Part shown: positions 1 through 10,571 of the stretch, piece by piece | How the letters are laid out: each line of letters begins with the position of its first letter | How positions within the stretch are numbered: position 1 is the stretch's first letter | Virus record (IMG/VR): IMGVR_UViG_3300025838_000022 | Coordinates: 58,798 to 122,797 of that record | Source of the DNA: a virus | Lineage: Duplodnaviria > Caudoviricetes | Strand: one strand, 5' to 3' | Length of the DNA: 64,000 nt | The notes under the pieces: generated by a model | Databases searched by the model: none | The model's input: the letters and a program-made list of their open reading frames with translations, nothing else | What the model was told of the DNA's origin: nothing | Program-made: the position numbers and the translations under genes

Positions 1-243
1 TACAATCAGATTAGTTCTTTGTTCGGTAAGTATTCTTACCTAGGAACAATCTCGTTTGCTAACTTAAACACAAACATTTTGAACGTTCCTGGCGTTGCCA
101 ACTCAAAAGTGACAAGCGTCTCTGTTGTTGCTTATGATGGCACGATTATCAACACGTTCACAAAAGACTTTAACCTTGCTAGTAACCAATTGCCACAACT
201 CAGCTCGATTAATTTTACGGTTAGAGGGGCAAGCAACTTCTAA
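1..243 (+). CDS. C-terminal part of a baseplate J-like protein (5' truncated by the window edge)
   Basis: Frame is open from base 1 to TAA at 241-243. The C-terminus 'LNVPGVANSKV...DFNLASNQLPQL' resembles baseplate J/wedge ends. Translationally coupled (TAATG) to the next structural gene. Confidence 0.55.
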   Translation, partial: YNQISSLFGKYSYLGTISFANLNTNILNVPGVANSKVTSVSVVAYDGTIINTFTKDFNLASNQLPQLSSINFTVRGASNF

Positions 244-1211
244 TGGCTGGCAACCTGTTCCCAATTAATCTTCACTCCACCTTTTTACAGAAGGTGTCTA
301 ATTTCCCTGAACAGGTATACAACTTCAATGACGGTGATAATCTCACTACATTAATGAAAATCCTTTTGGGTAACAGTGGGACAGGGCAGTTAAACAACAT
401 TCAACTTGTAGCAAGACTTAGTCAGCAACAAATTGAATTTAGTAACTTGGACAACATTCTTGGTATTATTCTTGATATCAGCAGATCTTCTTCTGAAATC
501 TATAAGTTTTCTACCAACCCATTTATTGACCAACTGTTACAAACTCAATGGCAAGAAGTAATTACTAAGGATGCTAGCTACCGAGAACGCCTCCTTGGTG
601 CCGCCGAAGCTTTTCAAATTGGTTGTACGCTTTGGGGGATCCTTACCCTGTGTGAAGCATTAACACAAATGAATTTTTACGTTGTAGAATCCTGGAGAAC
701 CCCCGGGTATGGGCGAGCAATCAACAGCCAAAAAGAAATCGTTTTAATCCCACTAGTTGATAACAATAGTTTTTTTACTTGGGATCAATCAAAAGCTTAT
801 TTAATTCTACAAACAATACAAAAAATTTTATTTTTTGATATGCAAATTAGCTTTGGTACGCCTATTACAACTTTTACTACGTACTCAGGTGCTAATGTAA
901 CTGTTACTACATCAGGCGTCACTGCAGTGCCGAGTGGGTATTGCAATTATTTTTATCTGCAACCAACAGTTAATAGCACACAAATTTCTACGCCAGCAAT
1001 CATTACTCCTGGTGCAAATACACGATACTGGGTGCAAAACAATGCTAACACGCAAGCCCCATGGTTTGCTCACTTGCAAACACAAGAAACATCTATTGAT
1101 TTAACTGGTAATATTATTTCTGCTACTTCATCTGACAATGCACCTAGTGTTAACCAAAGCATTGCTAATTCTTTGATGGAAGTAACATCTACTATGTATG
1201 GTGCACAATAA
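243..1211 (+). CDS. Baseplate wedge/tail structural protein
   Basis: 322 aa; 'LDNILGIIL..R...D.SYRERL' pattern typical of P2 gpI-like wedge proteins; follows the J-like gene. Confidence 0.5.
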   Translation: MAGNLFPINLHSTFLQKVSNFPEQVYNFNDGDNLTTLMKILLGNSGTGQLNNIQLVARLSQQQIEFSNLDNILGIILDISRSSSEIYKFSTNPFIDQLLQTQWQEVITKDASYRERLLGAAEAFQIGCTLWGILTLCEALTQMNFYVVESWRTPGYGRAINSQKEIVLIPLVDNNSFFTWDQSKAYLILQTIQKILFFDMQISFGTPITTFTTYSGANVTVTTSGVTAVPSGYCNYFYLQPTVNSTQISTPAIITPGANTRYWVQNNANTQAPWFAHLQTQETSIDLTGNIISATSSDNAPSVNQSIANSLMEVTSTMYGAQ

Positions 1212-4200
1212 TGTCTATTATTCCTAACAATACAGATCCATTAAAAGATTATGTAACACCAAATGTTAACCCACCATTAACTATTAATGGTTTAGTTTTT
1301 AATAAGATCTACGGTTACACCGGCGTTGTTGATGCATTAAACAATACTACTTCATCATATTATAATGATCCAACAGTTAATACTGTAAGCACAAATAATG
1401 GTTTAATTAGTCTAAATAAAAACATTAACACGTATTGGATTTCTAATACTGATTTTGGTGGTAATAATAGTGCACCAGTTGTTTTAACGTATAATCTTGT
1501 TAATACAATTTACTACAATAATATTTCTTTTGATATTCTTAACGTGCCATGCTACGTAGAACTCTTGGATAATAATGGCAATAATCTACCAGGAGCTTCT
1601 ACGTTCACAATTGTTGGTGGCGATGATATTTTTACCAGAGACAACTGGATCAGATTAAACTATGACGCACCTACCAACCCTTATCCGGCAACAGTTTCGG
1701 GTACTGGTGGCACAAGCACTTTCTCATACCCCTTGACTGGCTTAACAAGTATTAAAGTCAGAATCACCCGAAACAAGCAGGTGCAGACTAGCAGCGCCGC
1801 ATTTGGTCTTGCAAATGTAGCATACTCTGTTGGCCTGCAAAACTTTAGAGTAAAACTAAACGTAAAAGGTTTGTCAGATATCCCATCTGCAGTGGTTAGC
1901 GGAACTCAAAATATTATCACACAAAACGGTTTTGGGTTTGTAGAAAGCTACGCTTACACAGCCAACAACCAAAGCAATATTTTTGTCAACGACTCAACGT
2001 ATTGGAAATCTTCACCGCAACCGACTAAAGACTCTGTTGTTTTCTTTTATGCAAAGATCAGCGACCCCACACCAACTGTTGTAAACCGCTTGTACATCGA
2101 TCCTATTTACAGTGGTTGTAAGTTTAACGTTTACTATACGACGCAAAGTACATCCAGTGGGACTGTAGACCCTGGAACTTTTACATGGACACCAATCCAA
2201 AGAGATTTTTCTCTGCGCAAAGGTATTTATAAAATTCCTAAAATTTCATGCACGTATTTGAAGTTTGAATTTACCTCTTTGGTGCCAGAAGCTTATGATT
2301 TGCCTTTTGACTCTGTGAATAGAACCATCAATGTTTTCCCATATGATGTTGAGCAGTACTACGACAACCTTGAACAGGATATCGCCAATGCCAACGCGGT
2401 GAAGTACTCAACATATGGGAACGCAAACCTTAGAACGCAACCACAGAACAGCAATCAGCTGAGTGCTTCTACCGTTTTTGGTGTTTCTAACAATACAATT
2501 GGGTCACAGAGTAATTGGCAAAGCCTTAGTCAACTTAATACGACACAACTTGGTAGCTTTACTACAACTAGTTTATCAACTAGTTCTCAAATTTTTGATC
2601 CAAGCATTAGTTACAAATTGTTAGATTCCAATGGCAATTATAACCAAACTTCTTATACGCAATTCTTGCAAAGACGCTTTTACAATACAAGAGTTCATAG
2701 CTATGCATCTATCAGTATTAATCAAACATGGCACCAGGCTTACTACGTTGGCATTAGATTTTTAAACTTTTTCTATGAGCAACGGTACGATGACCTACAA
2801 GCAATCCCAGGCCAGTTGATAGCAAAGAATGCTACAACCAGTGGATTTGTTTCTCAGGATGTTAATTACGTCGGTTTGAACCCTGACGATACGGCAACAA
2901 CACCTTGGTTTTCCACAATTGATACTTTTACCAGCTTTAATATCGCTGGACTTACAACTGACTGGAAAAGTTTTATTACACAGGGTGCTCCATTAAGCCA
3001 GGATCCAACCATCCTAAATGGTCCAGTCAATGGGAATTTATCTACAGCACAAATTGCCAGCATGGTCGTTGGCTACGGAACGACTCCACAGTACGTCGGG
3101 AATCTTGGCTCGAGCTCAATTTATTCTGTTTCTGGCACTACAAGTGGACAAACGTATGGTATTAAATCAATCGGGTATAACACAACAAATAATTTGCTAA
3201 ACTACTACGATGCAAACTTCTTGTCTACCAATGGTAACTGGTATGGGTTGGCATCAACAAGCGTAACTGGAACGTCGGTCAACTGGACCCAGACAATCAG
3301 TGGAGCAACCTACAGTGGCACCGCAAGCGGCATTACGGTGAGCGGAGGATCATACGTTGCTGCTTACAACTTTACTTTGCCCAATGTTTACAGCCCAAGC
3401 GGTACAACGCCATGGACTACGCAACTTGGTAGCTCATCGTTGGGTGTTGTTGGATTCGCCAGTTATGTACCAGCAACAGGCATTAATTATTACTTCTTAA
3501 CTAATGTGCAATCTACTGGAACACAAAGTGTAACAATGTACACGCGTTTTATTAACGCTTCTACAAGCGGTGTTATCGCAAACACTACGGTTACTGGTAG
3601 CACAGTATCCCTGTCCGCTGCATCTGGGTCTACTGTTATTACAGCAACTGGTACAAACTATAACTCAAGCATTCCAAGCAATACAATCCAGGTTGTGTTG
3701 AGTGGCTCTGCTGCTGTTCCGTATCAGGTATACCAAGCTGGTGTTTTTTCGACGCCAACCACTCAATGGATAAGCCCTTCTGACCGCACAAATATGCGTG
3801 TTAGTGGTGTTGCAAGAATGTTCTTGCCAGTAACAAACTATGGAACATACCGAATTAGTTTGTATGCAGTAAACACAACAGGAACAACAGTTGAAATTGC
3901 TTACAGAGTGTATCAGGGTAATCAACTGCCTTTGAATACTTGGTTTGATATAGAAGTTTTTAGTTACACGACAATTAACTACACAAGTTTTTATGCTCAA
4001 GTTCAGCAAACTAATACAGCTGTCAATGAGCAATTCTATGTTGCAATGTTGGCTCCTTTCTACCACCCTGTTCGTTATGAATACATCACCCAAAGCGGTG
4101 CTACTAACTGGCAACCCGTTATCTATGGTGTAAACAACCCGAATGTGTTTATCTCGACTGCCTCAGGATTGCCAGCAAGCGGCATTCAGGTACGCATGAC

Positions 4201-4435
4201 AGCATTGGACCCAAATGTCTACATTTCTGGAGTCAGTGTTGTCCCATACTACAAGCAGAACGCTTATTACGCCGGTCTCGATATCAACTACCTTGGAAAT
4301 GGTAAGACAAACGAATGGGAATCGCGTGTCAACGTCGCTAATAAACCATACTTCCAGCTAAACAGCAATTATTACCCGACAAAGTTTGCAATCAACAACA
4401 TTGCCAGTACGGTGACACCCTACATCCTGCATTGA
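1211..4435 (+). CDS. Large Ser/Thr/Asn-rich virion protein (baseplate/tail, beta-sandwich carbohydrate-binding-like domains)
   Basis: 1074 aa, very S/T/N/G-rich; two discoidin-like segments ('YWISNTD..PVVLTYNL', 'YWKSSPQP..VVFFY..VNRLYIDP'); tail-module context. Confidence 0.6.
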   Translation: MSIIPNNTDPLKDYVTPNVNPPLTINGLVFNKIYGYTGVVDALNNTTSSYYNDPTVNTVSTNNGLISLNKNINTYWISNTDFGGNNSAPVVLTYNLVNTIYYNNISFDILNVPCYVELLDNNGNNLPGASTFTIVGGDDIFTRDNWIRLNYDAPTNPYPATVSGTGGTSTFSYPLTGLTSIKVRITRNKQVQTSSAAFGLANVAYSVGLQNFRVKLNVKGLSDIPSAVVSGTQNIITQNGFGFVESYAYTANNQSNIFVNDSTYWKSSPQPTKDSVVFFYAKISDPTPTVVNRLYIDPIYSGCKFNVYYTTQSTSSGTVDPGTFTWTPIQRDFSLRKGIYKIPKISCTYLKFEFTSLVPEAYDLPFDSVNRTINVFPYDVEQYYDNLEQDIANANAVKYSTYGNANLRTQPQNSNQLSASTVFGVSNNTIGSQSNWQSLSQLNTTQLGSFTTTSLSTSSQIFDPSISYKLLDSNGNYNQTSYTQFLQRRFYNTRVHSYASISINQTWHQAYYVGIRFLNFFYEQRYDDLQAIPGQLIAKNATTSGFVSQDVNYVGLNPDDTATTPWFSTIDTFTSFNIAGLTTDWKSFITQGAPLSQDPTILNGPVNGNLSTAQIASMVVGYGTTPQYVGNLGSSSIYSVSGTTSGQTYGIKSIGYNTTNNLLNYYDANFLSTNGNWYGLASTSVTGTSVNWTQTISGATYSGTASGITVSGGSYVAAYNFTLPNVYSPSGTTPWTTQLGSSSLGVVGFASYVPATGINYYFLTNVQSTGTQSVTMYTRFINASTSGVIANTTVTGSTVSLSAASGSTVITATGTNYNSSIPSNTIQVVLSGSAAVPYQVYQAGVFSTPTTQWISPSDRTNMRVSGVARMFLPVTNYGTYRISLYAVNTTGTTVEIAYRVYQGNQLPLNTWFDIEVFSYTTINYTSFYAQVQQTNTAVNEQFYVAMLAPFYHPVRYEYITQSGATNWQPVIYGVNNPNVFISTASGLPASGIQVRMTALDPNVYISGVSVVPYYKQNAYYAGLDINYLGNGKTNEWESRVNVANKPYFQLNSNYYPTKFAINNIASTVTPYILH

Positions 4436-4460
4436 TTTTTAACGAGTTTTGTGCTAGACT
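4432..4460 (+). promoter_or_regulatory. SigA/sigma70-type promoter with extended -10
   Basis: TTGATT-17 nt-TAGACT, with TGC before the -10, directly upstream of the helicase GTG start. Confidence 0.6.
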
Positions 4461-4466
4461 TAGCAC

Positions 4467-6329
4467 GTGGCTTCGGACAAAAAAATCTACATACAGAAAA
4501 GCAAGTTGCTCAACGGGGTGTTGAGGTACAGCTCGCTCAATGACGATTTCAAAAAACTATTCCCTCTAGATGGCTACGGAACGCTTAGAAACCGTGACAA
4601 CATCGATCAATTCCACCAGGCTGCTCAGGACAACGGCTATTCGTTAATCTTTGAAGACGACGCTGCTGAGCAAGATTACAACGAACTACGTGAATGTAGC
4701 ACAACCCCATATGAGGTACGTAGCCCGTTCCTGGATGATCACCAGCTTTTCCCATTCCAGCATGTAGGGCTTAATTACGTATGGAAAAGGCTTCACTCAG
4801 ATAACCCACGCGTTTTGGTGCAGTGGGACACTGGTGCCGGTAAGACTTTGCTGAGCTGCTTGACAAGCCAAAAATTATATGATATGAGCGACGTCGATCT
4901 CATTTTGGTGTTCTGCAAAAAGATCAAGCAGTACGACTGGGAGCAAGAGTTCCGTCGGATGACACACCTTGATGTGACCCGTGTGCCAGAGAAGATGACT
5001 CGTCGCAACCGTCACATGTTCTACAAACAAACCAAGGCCAATGTGCTCGTCCTCAACTACGAGAAGGTTAGGAATGGTAGCCTGACCAGGGTAAAAGGAC
5101 AGAGAAAAAAATCTATGTCTTACGACCGCACGGACCTTCTCCAAGTGCTAGAATTAGTTAAAAACAAAAAAGTACTAATCATCATCGATGAAGCACAAAA
5201 GATCAACAGCGGAGCAAGTCTCCTCGGTGAAGGATTCTTCGAACTAATAAATAAGTCCGAAGGACAGATGATGGCGTTAGCCCTAACAGCTACTCCTTAT
5301 ACCACAAGTCCTCTTAACATTCGTAACATCTTCTCAGTGGTTGATCCAAACATCCCAGAAGTAAGTGACATGAAACGTGATGTATTCAAACGTTTCTATG
5401 GCAAAGAGTTTGGTATGTTCAACAACGGTTTTGTCCAGGAACTGTATGTAAAAGAATGGGATAAAGCAAAGCTACCCCTCCTTGGCAAAAAACATGAGAA
5501 CTGGACTCATATTGCTATGAAGAGTGACCCGATCATCTCTGCTCAGTTCCCAGAAAGTATCCCAAAGAAGATCGTTTACGAGCTCTCAGAGGTGGACCGT
5601 GCAATCTACGATTGGGCTGAAGAACAAGCTCGAGAGCGTTACAACCCAGATAATCCTGTAGCTAACTGGGCATATATTGATACCCTCCGTATGGTATGCA
5701 ACACCTCAGCTGGTTTAAGAAACAGCAACGGTAAGTTCGCTAAGGAAATCGTAGACATGTTTGGTGCTGACATCAGTATTGAACACAGTGCAAAGTACCA
5801 GCTCATTGAGAGCAACCTCGAGGCTTATATCGAAGCCGGTGACAAGGTGGTTCTGTTCACTTTCTGGACCAATGGTACCTTGTTCCCATACCTGGAAGCT
5901 CTTCAGAAAAAGTTCCCAGATATCCCAGTGCTACCTATTTGGGGTGTTGGCATGGATAGTGACACCGTTACAAACAACATTAAGACTTTTAACACGGTCA
6001 AAGGACCGGCCATTCTGATCACTAGTGACGTTGGCCAAGAAGGACTAAACCTTTATGCCCCGTATCTATGGAATATTGAAGTACCAAGAACTTACTCGGA
6101 CTACAAGCAAAGGGCTAATAGAATCAACCGAGCAGACTCTAAAAGCAAGGGAATTAGCCACACTTGGATTTATCGAGCGGTGGCTGCTAACACGATTGAA
6201 GAGCGAGCAGATGCCAAAATCTTGCGCCGACGAGACGAAGCAGAAGCAATTCGCGGAGTAGTTGACGAGAACGTCGACATGTATGATACAATTGACCTAA
6301 CCCCACGAGGGTTTCTATTTGGAGACTGA
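4467..6329 (+). CDS. SNF2-family (SF2) helicase
   Basis: Motifs: WDTGAGKT (I), IIIDEAQ (II), LTATP (III), SDVGQEGLNL (V), QRANRINR (VI). Confidence 0.9.
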   Translation: MASDKKIYIQKSKLLNGVLRYSSLNDDFKKLFPLDGYGTLRNRDNIDQFHQAAQDNGYSLIFEDDAAEQDYNELRECSTTPYEVRSPFLDDHQLFPFQHVGLNYVWKRLHSDNPRVLVQWDTGAGKTLLSCLTSQKLYDMSDVDLILVFCKKIKQYDWEQEFRRMTHLDVTRVPEKMTRRNRHMFYKQTKANVLVLNYEKVRNGSLTRVKGQRKKSMSYDRTDLLQVLELVKNKKVLIIIDEAQKINSGASLLGEGFFELINKSEGQMMALALTATPYTTSPLNIRNIFSVVDPNIPEVSDMKRDVFKRFYGKEFGMFNNGFVQELYVKEWDKAKLPLLGKKHENWTHIAMKSDPIISAQFPESIPKKIVYELSEVDRAIYDWAEEQARERYNPDNPVANWAYIDTLRMVCNTSAGLRNSNGKFAKEIVDMFGADISIEHSAKYQLIESNLEAYIEAGDKVVLFTFWTNGTLFPYLEALQKKFPDIPVLPIWGVGMDSDTVTNNIKTFNTVKGPAILITSDVGQEGLNLYAPYLWNIEVPRTYSDYKQRANRINRADSKSKGISHTWIYRAVAANTIEERADAKILRRRDEAEAIRGVVDENVDMYDTIDLTPRGFLFGD

Positions 6330-6336
6330 TACAACT

Positions 6337-6567
6337 ATGAACAAGTATGAACTAATCAAACATGATGTCGAAAAGTTCCTGATCAGCGGTAATATGCACA
6401 GCACGCTTGTTGGTAAACAGATTACTCTTGGCGGATCAGAACAAAGCACTTTGCAGCAGGCAAAAGAATTTGCTGAATATATTGCTGATTTGATTGAAAA
6501 AGCAGAAAATTACAAAAAAACTTTCAGAACTTCTAGAAAGGGTAATGTAAAACTTAAGGGAAACTAG
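6337..6567 (+). CDS. Hypothetical protein
   Basis: ORF; the ATG at 6337 is the likely start. Confidence 0.5.
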   Translation: MNKYELIKHDVEKFLISGNMHSTLVGKQITLGGSEQSTLQQAKEFAEYIADLIEKAENYKKTFRTSRKGNVKLKGN

Positions 6568-6603
6568 CTCTAGACAGAGAAGAGAGCTATTGTAAAGCTC
6601 CTT

Positions 6604-6678
6604 CCTGTAGGGCCTGGTCTTCCTCGGGGGTCGTAGTCGGCGTTCGTCCTTGACTCCCCCCGAGGCCCTACTGGTTTT
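6604..6678 (+). terminator. Long GC-rich stem-loop followed by a T-tract (terminator-like or structured leader of whiB)
   Basis: GTAGGGCC/GGCCCTAC and CCTCGGGGG/CCCCCGAGG helices, then TTTTG. Confidence 0.5.
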
Positions 6679-6689
6679 GTAAAAAAATC

Positions 6690-7127
6690 ATGGCAAATTC
6701 CATCGACTTAAGCTGGCAACGAGAAGCAGCTTGTAAAAACACCTCATTAGTCAACTATGAGTCGTATTACCCATCCCGTGGCAGAACCTCCGAAGGCAAA
6801 GCAAAAGCTTTGTGCAACACGTGCCCAGTACAAAAAGCTTGCTTAGACCACGCTCTAAAATATGAAGACTATGGCTTCTGGGGTGGTGTAAGTGCTAAGG
6901 GCAGAGAGCGTATGCGTAAGGAATTGGGCATTGAATTGATTGATATTAATTACGAATCAATTATCAAATACGCAAAAGAACGCGAAAAAATTCAAGAAGC
7001 TATACAAAATAACAAGATGAAGCGTGGCCCCAAAAGGAAGCCAAAAAACGTTGACAACAGCTTGACATTTGATCCAACAGCTGAATATAATGACATTGAT
7101 TTAACCATTGATGAACTGGAGTATTAA
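6690..7127 (+). CDS. whiB: WhiB-family Fe-S transcription factor
   Basis: W..EAAC...C..CPV...C..HAL....GFWGG: four Cys plus the G[FV]WGG turn. Confidence 0.92.
   Translation: MANSIDLSWQREAACKNTSLVNYESYYPSRGRTSEGKAKALCNTCPVQKACLDHALKYEDYGFWGGVSAKGRERMRKELGIELIDINYESIIKYAKEREKIQEAIQNNKMKRGPKRKPKNVDNSLTFDPTAEYNDIDLTIDELEY
7062..7091 (+). promoter_or_regulatory. SigA-type promoter for the glycosylation cassette
   Basis: TTGACA-18 nt-TATAAT inside the 3' end of whiB, upstream of the GT4 gene. Confidence 0.65.
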
Positions 7128-8413
7128 TGTCTAATAAGATTCGCGTATTGGCTTGGGGTGACTACGCTTGCGGTACTGGTTTTGGTACTGTGATGAAGAA
7201 CATCATGGGAGAGATTCACAAGACCGGCAAGTATGACATCGACGTTGTCGGTGTTAACTACGATGGTGGTCCATATGACACAAAGCTGTGGCCTGGCAGA
7301 CTGTGGCCAGCTATCAGTGCTCTTCGCACCCAAGGCCCATACGGTGACGTGTTTGGTAGACAGGTATTCCTAGACCTGCTTGCACAGGGCGACTATGACC
7401 TCGTGTTCGTTGTGCAAGACACCTTTATTGTTTTGCCAATCGTTCCACAGATTCTCGAGCTGCAGCGCAACAAGCCAAACAGCTTTAAGACAATCTACTA
7501 CTACCCATTTGACTGCACACCGCGTGAAGAATGGGTCACCCAGTGTGTTGCCAACTTCGACTATCCGGTTGCTTACACCGAGTATGCAAAGAACGAGAGC
7601 CGTAGCTTTATTGGCGCGTTTGCTGACAATCAACACGTTATTTACCATGGTACGAACACAAAGGACTTCCATCCTTTGACTCCAGAGCAGCGTGAAGAAG
7701 CACGTAGAAGTATCTTCCCACAGATGCAGGACCGTTTTATCATTACGAACGTGAACCGCAACCAGGGTCGCAAGGATATTTCACGTAGTTTGATGATTCT
7801 TAAAGAGCTTCGCAACCGTGGTTTGGACAAGCCATTCTTGTACATGCATATGCAGGAAACCGACTTCGGTGGCAGTGTCATGCAAATGGCTAGATCAATT
7901 GGCCTGGACCCATCAAAGGACTTCGCCCTTCCAGACCCTAAGCAATTTGGTGCTCACAGTGGATTCCCAATCGAGTTCCTCAACGGTATCTATAACGCAA
8001 GTGACGCTTACCTCACTACCACCCACGGTGAAGGCTGGGGCCTTAGCATCACAGAGGCAATGGCTGTCAAGCTACCAGTGATTGCACCAGACAACACGTC
8101 TGTACCAGAAATCCTTGGAGACGACCGTGGCTGGAGAATTCCAAGTGGTCACACACCTTCTCACTGGATCATCAAGGAAAACGACAATGAGCGTATGCGT
8201 CCTTTGATGAGTGTTGAAGATGCTGCTAGTGCAATCGAATACATCATGAACAACCCTGATGATGCTGCTAGACGTGCCGAGAATGCATACCAGTGGATCC
8301 AGAAGACTACCTGGGCTGACGTTTGTAAGCAATGGAAGAACTTGTTCGAGGAAGCAAAGGCTAGCCTCGACAAGAAGCGCAGTTTCTTGAATACGCTTAA
8401 TCAAAGCAAGTAA
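7127..8413 (+). CDS. Glycosyltransferase family 4 (GT-B)
   Basis: TGFGTV, 'VNRNQGRKD', 'YNASDAYLTTTHGEGWGLSITEAMA' (E-x7-E motif). Confidence 0.9.
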   Translation: MSNKIRVLAWGDYACGTGFGTVMKNIMGEIHKTGKYDIDVVGVNYDGGPYDTKLWPGRLWPAISALRTQGPYGDVFGRQVFLDLLAQGDYDLVFVVQDTFIVLPIVPQILELQRNKPNSFKTIYYYPFDCTPREEWVTQCVANFDYPVAYTEYAKNESRSFIGAFADNQHVIYHGTNTKDFHPLTPEQREEARRSIFPQMQDRFIITNVNRNQGRKDISRSLMILKELRNRGLDKPFLYMHMQETDFGGSVMQMARSIGLDPSKDFALPDPKQFGAHSGFPIEFLNGIYNASDAYLTTTHGEGWGLSITEAMAVKLPVIAPDNTSVPEILGDDRGWRIPSGHTPSHWIIKENDNERMRPLMSVEDAASAIEYIMNNPDDAARRAENAYQWIQKTTWADVCKQWKNLFEEAKASLDKKRSFLNTLNQSK

Positions 8414-8415
8414 AC

Positions 8416-9183
8416 ATGACAGGGTGTTTTAAGATCTTTCACCTTGATTGGATGAAAGAACGACAGCAGCTTTTTGACAATGCCAGAGAGGTGTTGAGCA
8501 AAGAGTATGAAGAGCTGAATAGCCCTAACTTTTATGTAAACTCGCTTGGCGACATCCCAGGTATGCTTGCACAAACACCTGGGCTCAACTTCCACCCAGA
8601 TGGTTATTGGGATACAGGTAACCCAGCTATTGGTTGGACTAAGGGTGAGATTCCAATCTTTGTTGCTAACTACGTAGCATGGAAAAACTTCCTAGAAACA
8701 GATCATGATTTCTTGATCCTGTGTGAAGACGACATTGTATTCCACAGCTACGGTGTGCCGCTGCTAAAGCACTACATGGCCATGCTTCCAGAAGACTGGG
8801 ACGTATTCTCCTTCTATTGCCCAACTGGTCAGTACTTTAAGTACCGTGATGAAGAGCACAAAATTGGTGACGGGCCAATCAGTCGTGCTTATCAGGATCA
8901 CCATCTTTTATGCTACGTTGTAAGCCGTAAGGGTGCAGAAAACCTTATTAAAGACGCTGAATCTCACATCATCATGGACCCAATCGACTGGTTTATCTTT
9001 TACCAGAACGACATCCTGAACGTCTACACTGTTAAGCCAAGAGAAGAGCATGGTGTTATGAGCGTTGAGCTTGACAGCACCGTAGGCCATAGTGTAAGGT
9101 GTCCTCTGCCAGAGCTTGAACCAGACACTAGCCTCCCACTTGTATCACACTGGCAAAGATGGCACGCGAAAAGGGTTAAGTAA
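8416..9183 (+). CDS. Glycosyltransferase family 25-like
   Basis: 'TKGEI......AW..FLE....LILCEDD', 'LPEDWD', 'CYVVSRKGA..L', 'PIDW'. Confidence 0.75.
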   Translation: MTGCFKIFHLDWMKERQQLFDNAREVLSKEYEELNSPNFYVNSLGDIPGMLAQTPGLNFHPDGYWDTGNPAIGWTKGEIPIFVANYVAWKNFLETDHDFLILCEDDIVFHSYGVPLLKHYMAMLPEDWDVFSFYCPTGQYFKYRDEEHKIGDGPISRAYQDHHLLCYVVSRKGAENLIKDAESHIIMDPIDWFIFYQNDILNVYTVKPREEHGVMSVELDSTVGHSVRCPLPELEPDTSLPLVSHWQRWHAKRVK

Positions 9184-10055
9184 TGAAGATTGCATACAAC
9201 GGTTTTTGGCCACTATTTGATCCAAGTCACAACTGGTTTAACCAAATGTTCCGTGAGTACTTTAAGGGAGAAGACATTGTTTTTAGTGGTGACCCTACCG
9301 ATGCTGATATTCTTGTAAACAGCGTGTTCGGCCCAGCTATCACGGATGGTCCAGCTCGGAAGATACTTTACACGGGAGAGTCATTTAAGCACGGCTATAC
9401 AGATGATCAAATTCTATTGGGGTTTGATAGAACCGACGTAGCTAAGCAAAAGTACCGTTTGCCGATCTGGATTGTATTCACTAATTGGTGGCCTGAAACA
9501 TACACTCCACCATATTATGTTGGTGGGCCAAACTATGTTGTTGACGCTAACAAATTGGTTCTACCACGCACCGAAAAAGAAGTTAATGAGATACTAGGCA
9601 GAGAAAATTTCTGTTGTATCGTTGCGTCTAACCCTGTTGAGAACAGAATCATTGCATATAACCAGCTTTCCGACATTAAACCTGTGGACGGTTATGGCCA
9701 CATCTTTAGGAACCATATTCAAAATCGAAAAGAAGACATTCTAAAACACTACAGCTTTAATATTTGTTTTGAAAATACTATTGTTGATGGCTATGTAACT
9801 GAAAAGCTTTACGAAGCACTGCTCGCTGGTACAATCCCCATTTATTGGGGTGACAAAATGAGCAAAGAAGACTTTAACGAGAAGGCTTTTATTGACTATA
9901 CTTCGATGGACTCAATGGATGATCTCGTTGACCACGTAAAAAAGGTTTATGCGTCCAAAGACCTAATGGCAGAATACCTATCACAACCTATTTGCAATGA
10001 AGTACCAAGCCTCGATGGTCTTTATGAGTTTTTTGATCAAGTTAAGTTAAAATAA
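9183..10055 (+). CDS. Glycosyltransferase family 10 (alpha-1,3/4-fucosyltransferase-like)
   Basis: GT10 motif 'YSFNICFENTIVDGYVTEKLYEALLAGTIPIYWG'. Confidence 0.9.
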   Translation: MKIAYNGFWPLFDPSHNWFNQMFREYFKGEDIVFSGDPTDADILVNSVFGPAITDGPARKILYTGESFKHGYTDDQILLGFDRTDVAKQKYRLPIWIVFTNWWPETYTPPYYVGGPNYVVDANKLVLPRTEKEVNEILGRENFCCIVASNPVENRIIAYNQLSDIKPVDGYGHIFRNHIQNRKEDILKHYSFNICFENTIVDGYVTEKLYEALLAGTIPIYWGDKMSKEDFNEKAFIDYTSMDSMDDLVDHVKKVYASKDLMAEYLSQPICNEVPSLDGLYEFFDQVKLK

Positions 10056-10068
10056 TATAAGGTATATA

Positions 10069-10569
10069 ATGGATAGCAAAGTTTTTAAGAAGTATAAATT
10101 TGATGCAACCGTTTTTTTTGAAACGGGAACGTATCTGGGTAATGCAATTTTGGAAGCCGCTGTAGCAGGGTTTGATGAATTTTATTCTATTGAATTCCAC
10201 CCACCATTTTATGAAGAGACCAAAGAACGTTTTAAGAACAATGATAAAGTGCACCTGTATCAAGGCTCATCAGACAAGGTAATCGCTGAGGTGCTTCCCA
10301 CTATTGAAAAGCGTTGCTTGTTCTGGCTTGATGCTCACGACACATTCCATGTAACAGATGGCAGCTTGCCTACATTTGGTGAGCTTGACATCATCAAAGA
10401 ACACCCTATTAAGAATCACACGATCATCATTGACGACACGCCAGTGTTCTTTGGCGATGGTGTCGAGCTGAACAAGAAACTTCTAGAGATTAATCCTGAT
10501 TATACAATTGAACGCATTCCAAATGCGACTGTTGAAGATTATATTACTGTCGCTTATATCAAGGAGTAG
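10069..10569 (+). CDS. Class I SAM-dependent methyltransferase-like protein
   Basis: 'VFFETGTYLG', 'YSIE', 'LYQGSS', 'FWLDAH', 'IIIDD'. Confidence 0.65.
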   Translation: MDSKVFKKYKFDATVFFETGTYLGNAILEAAVAGFDEFYSIEFHPPFYEETKERFKNNDKVHLYQGSSDKVIAEVLPTIEKRCLFWLDAHDTFHVTDGSLPTFGELDIIKEHPIKNHTIIIDDTPVFFGDGVELNKKLLEINPDYTIERIPNATVEDYITVAYIKE

Positions 10570-10571
10570 TC

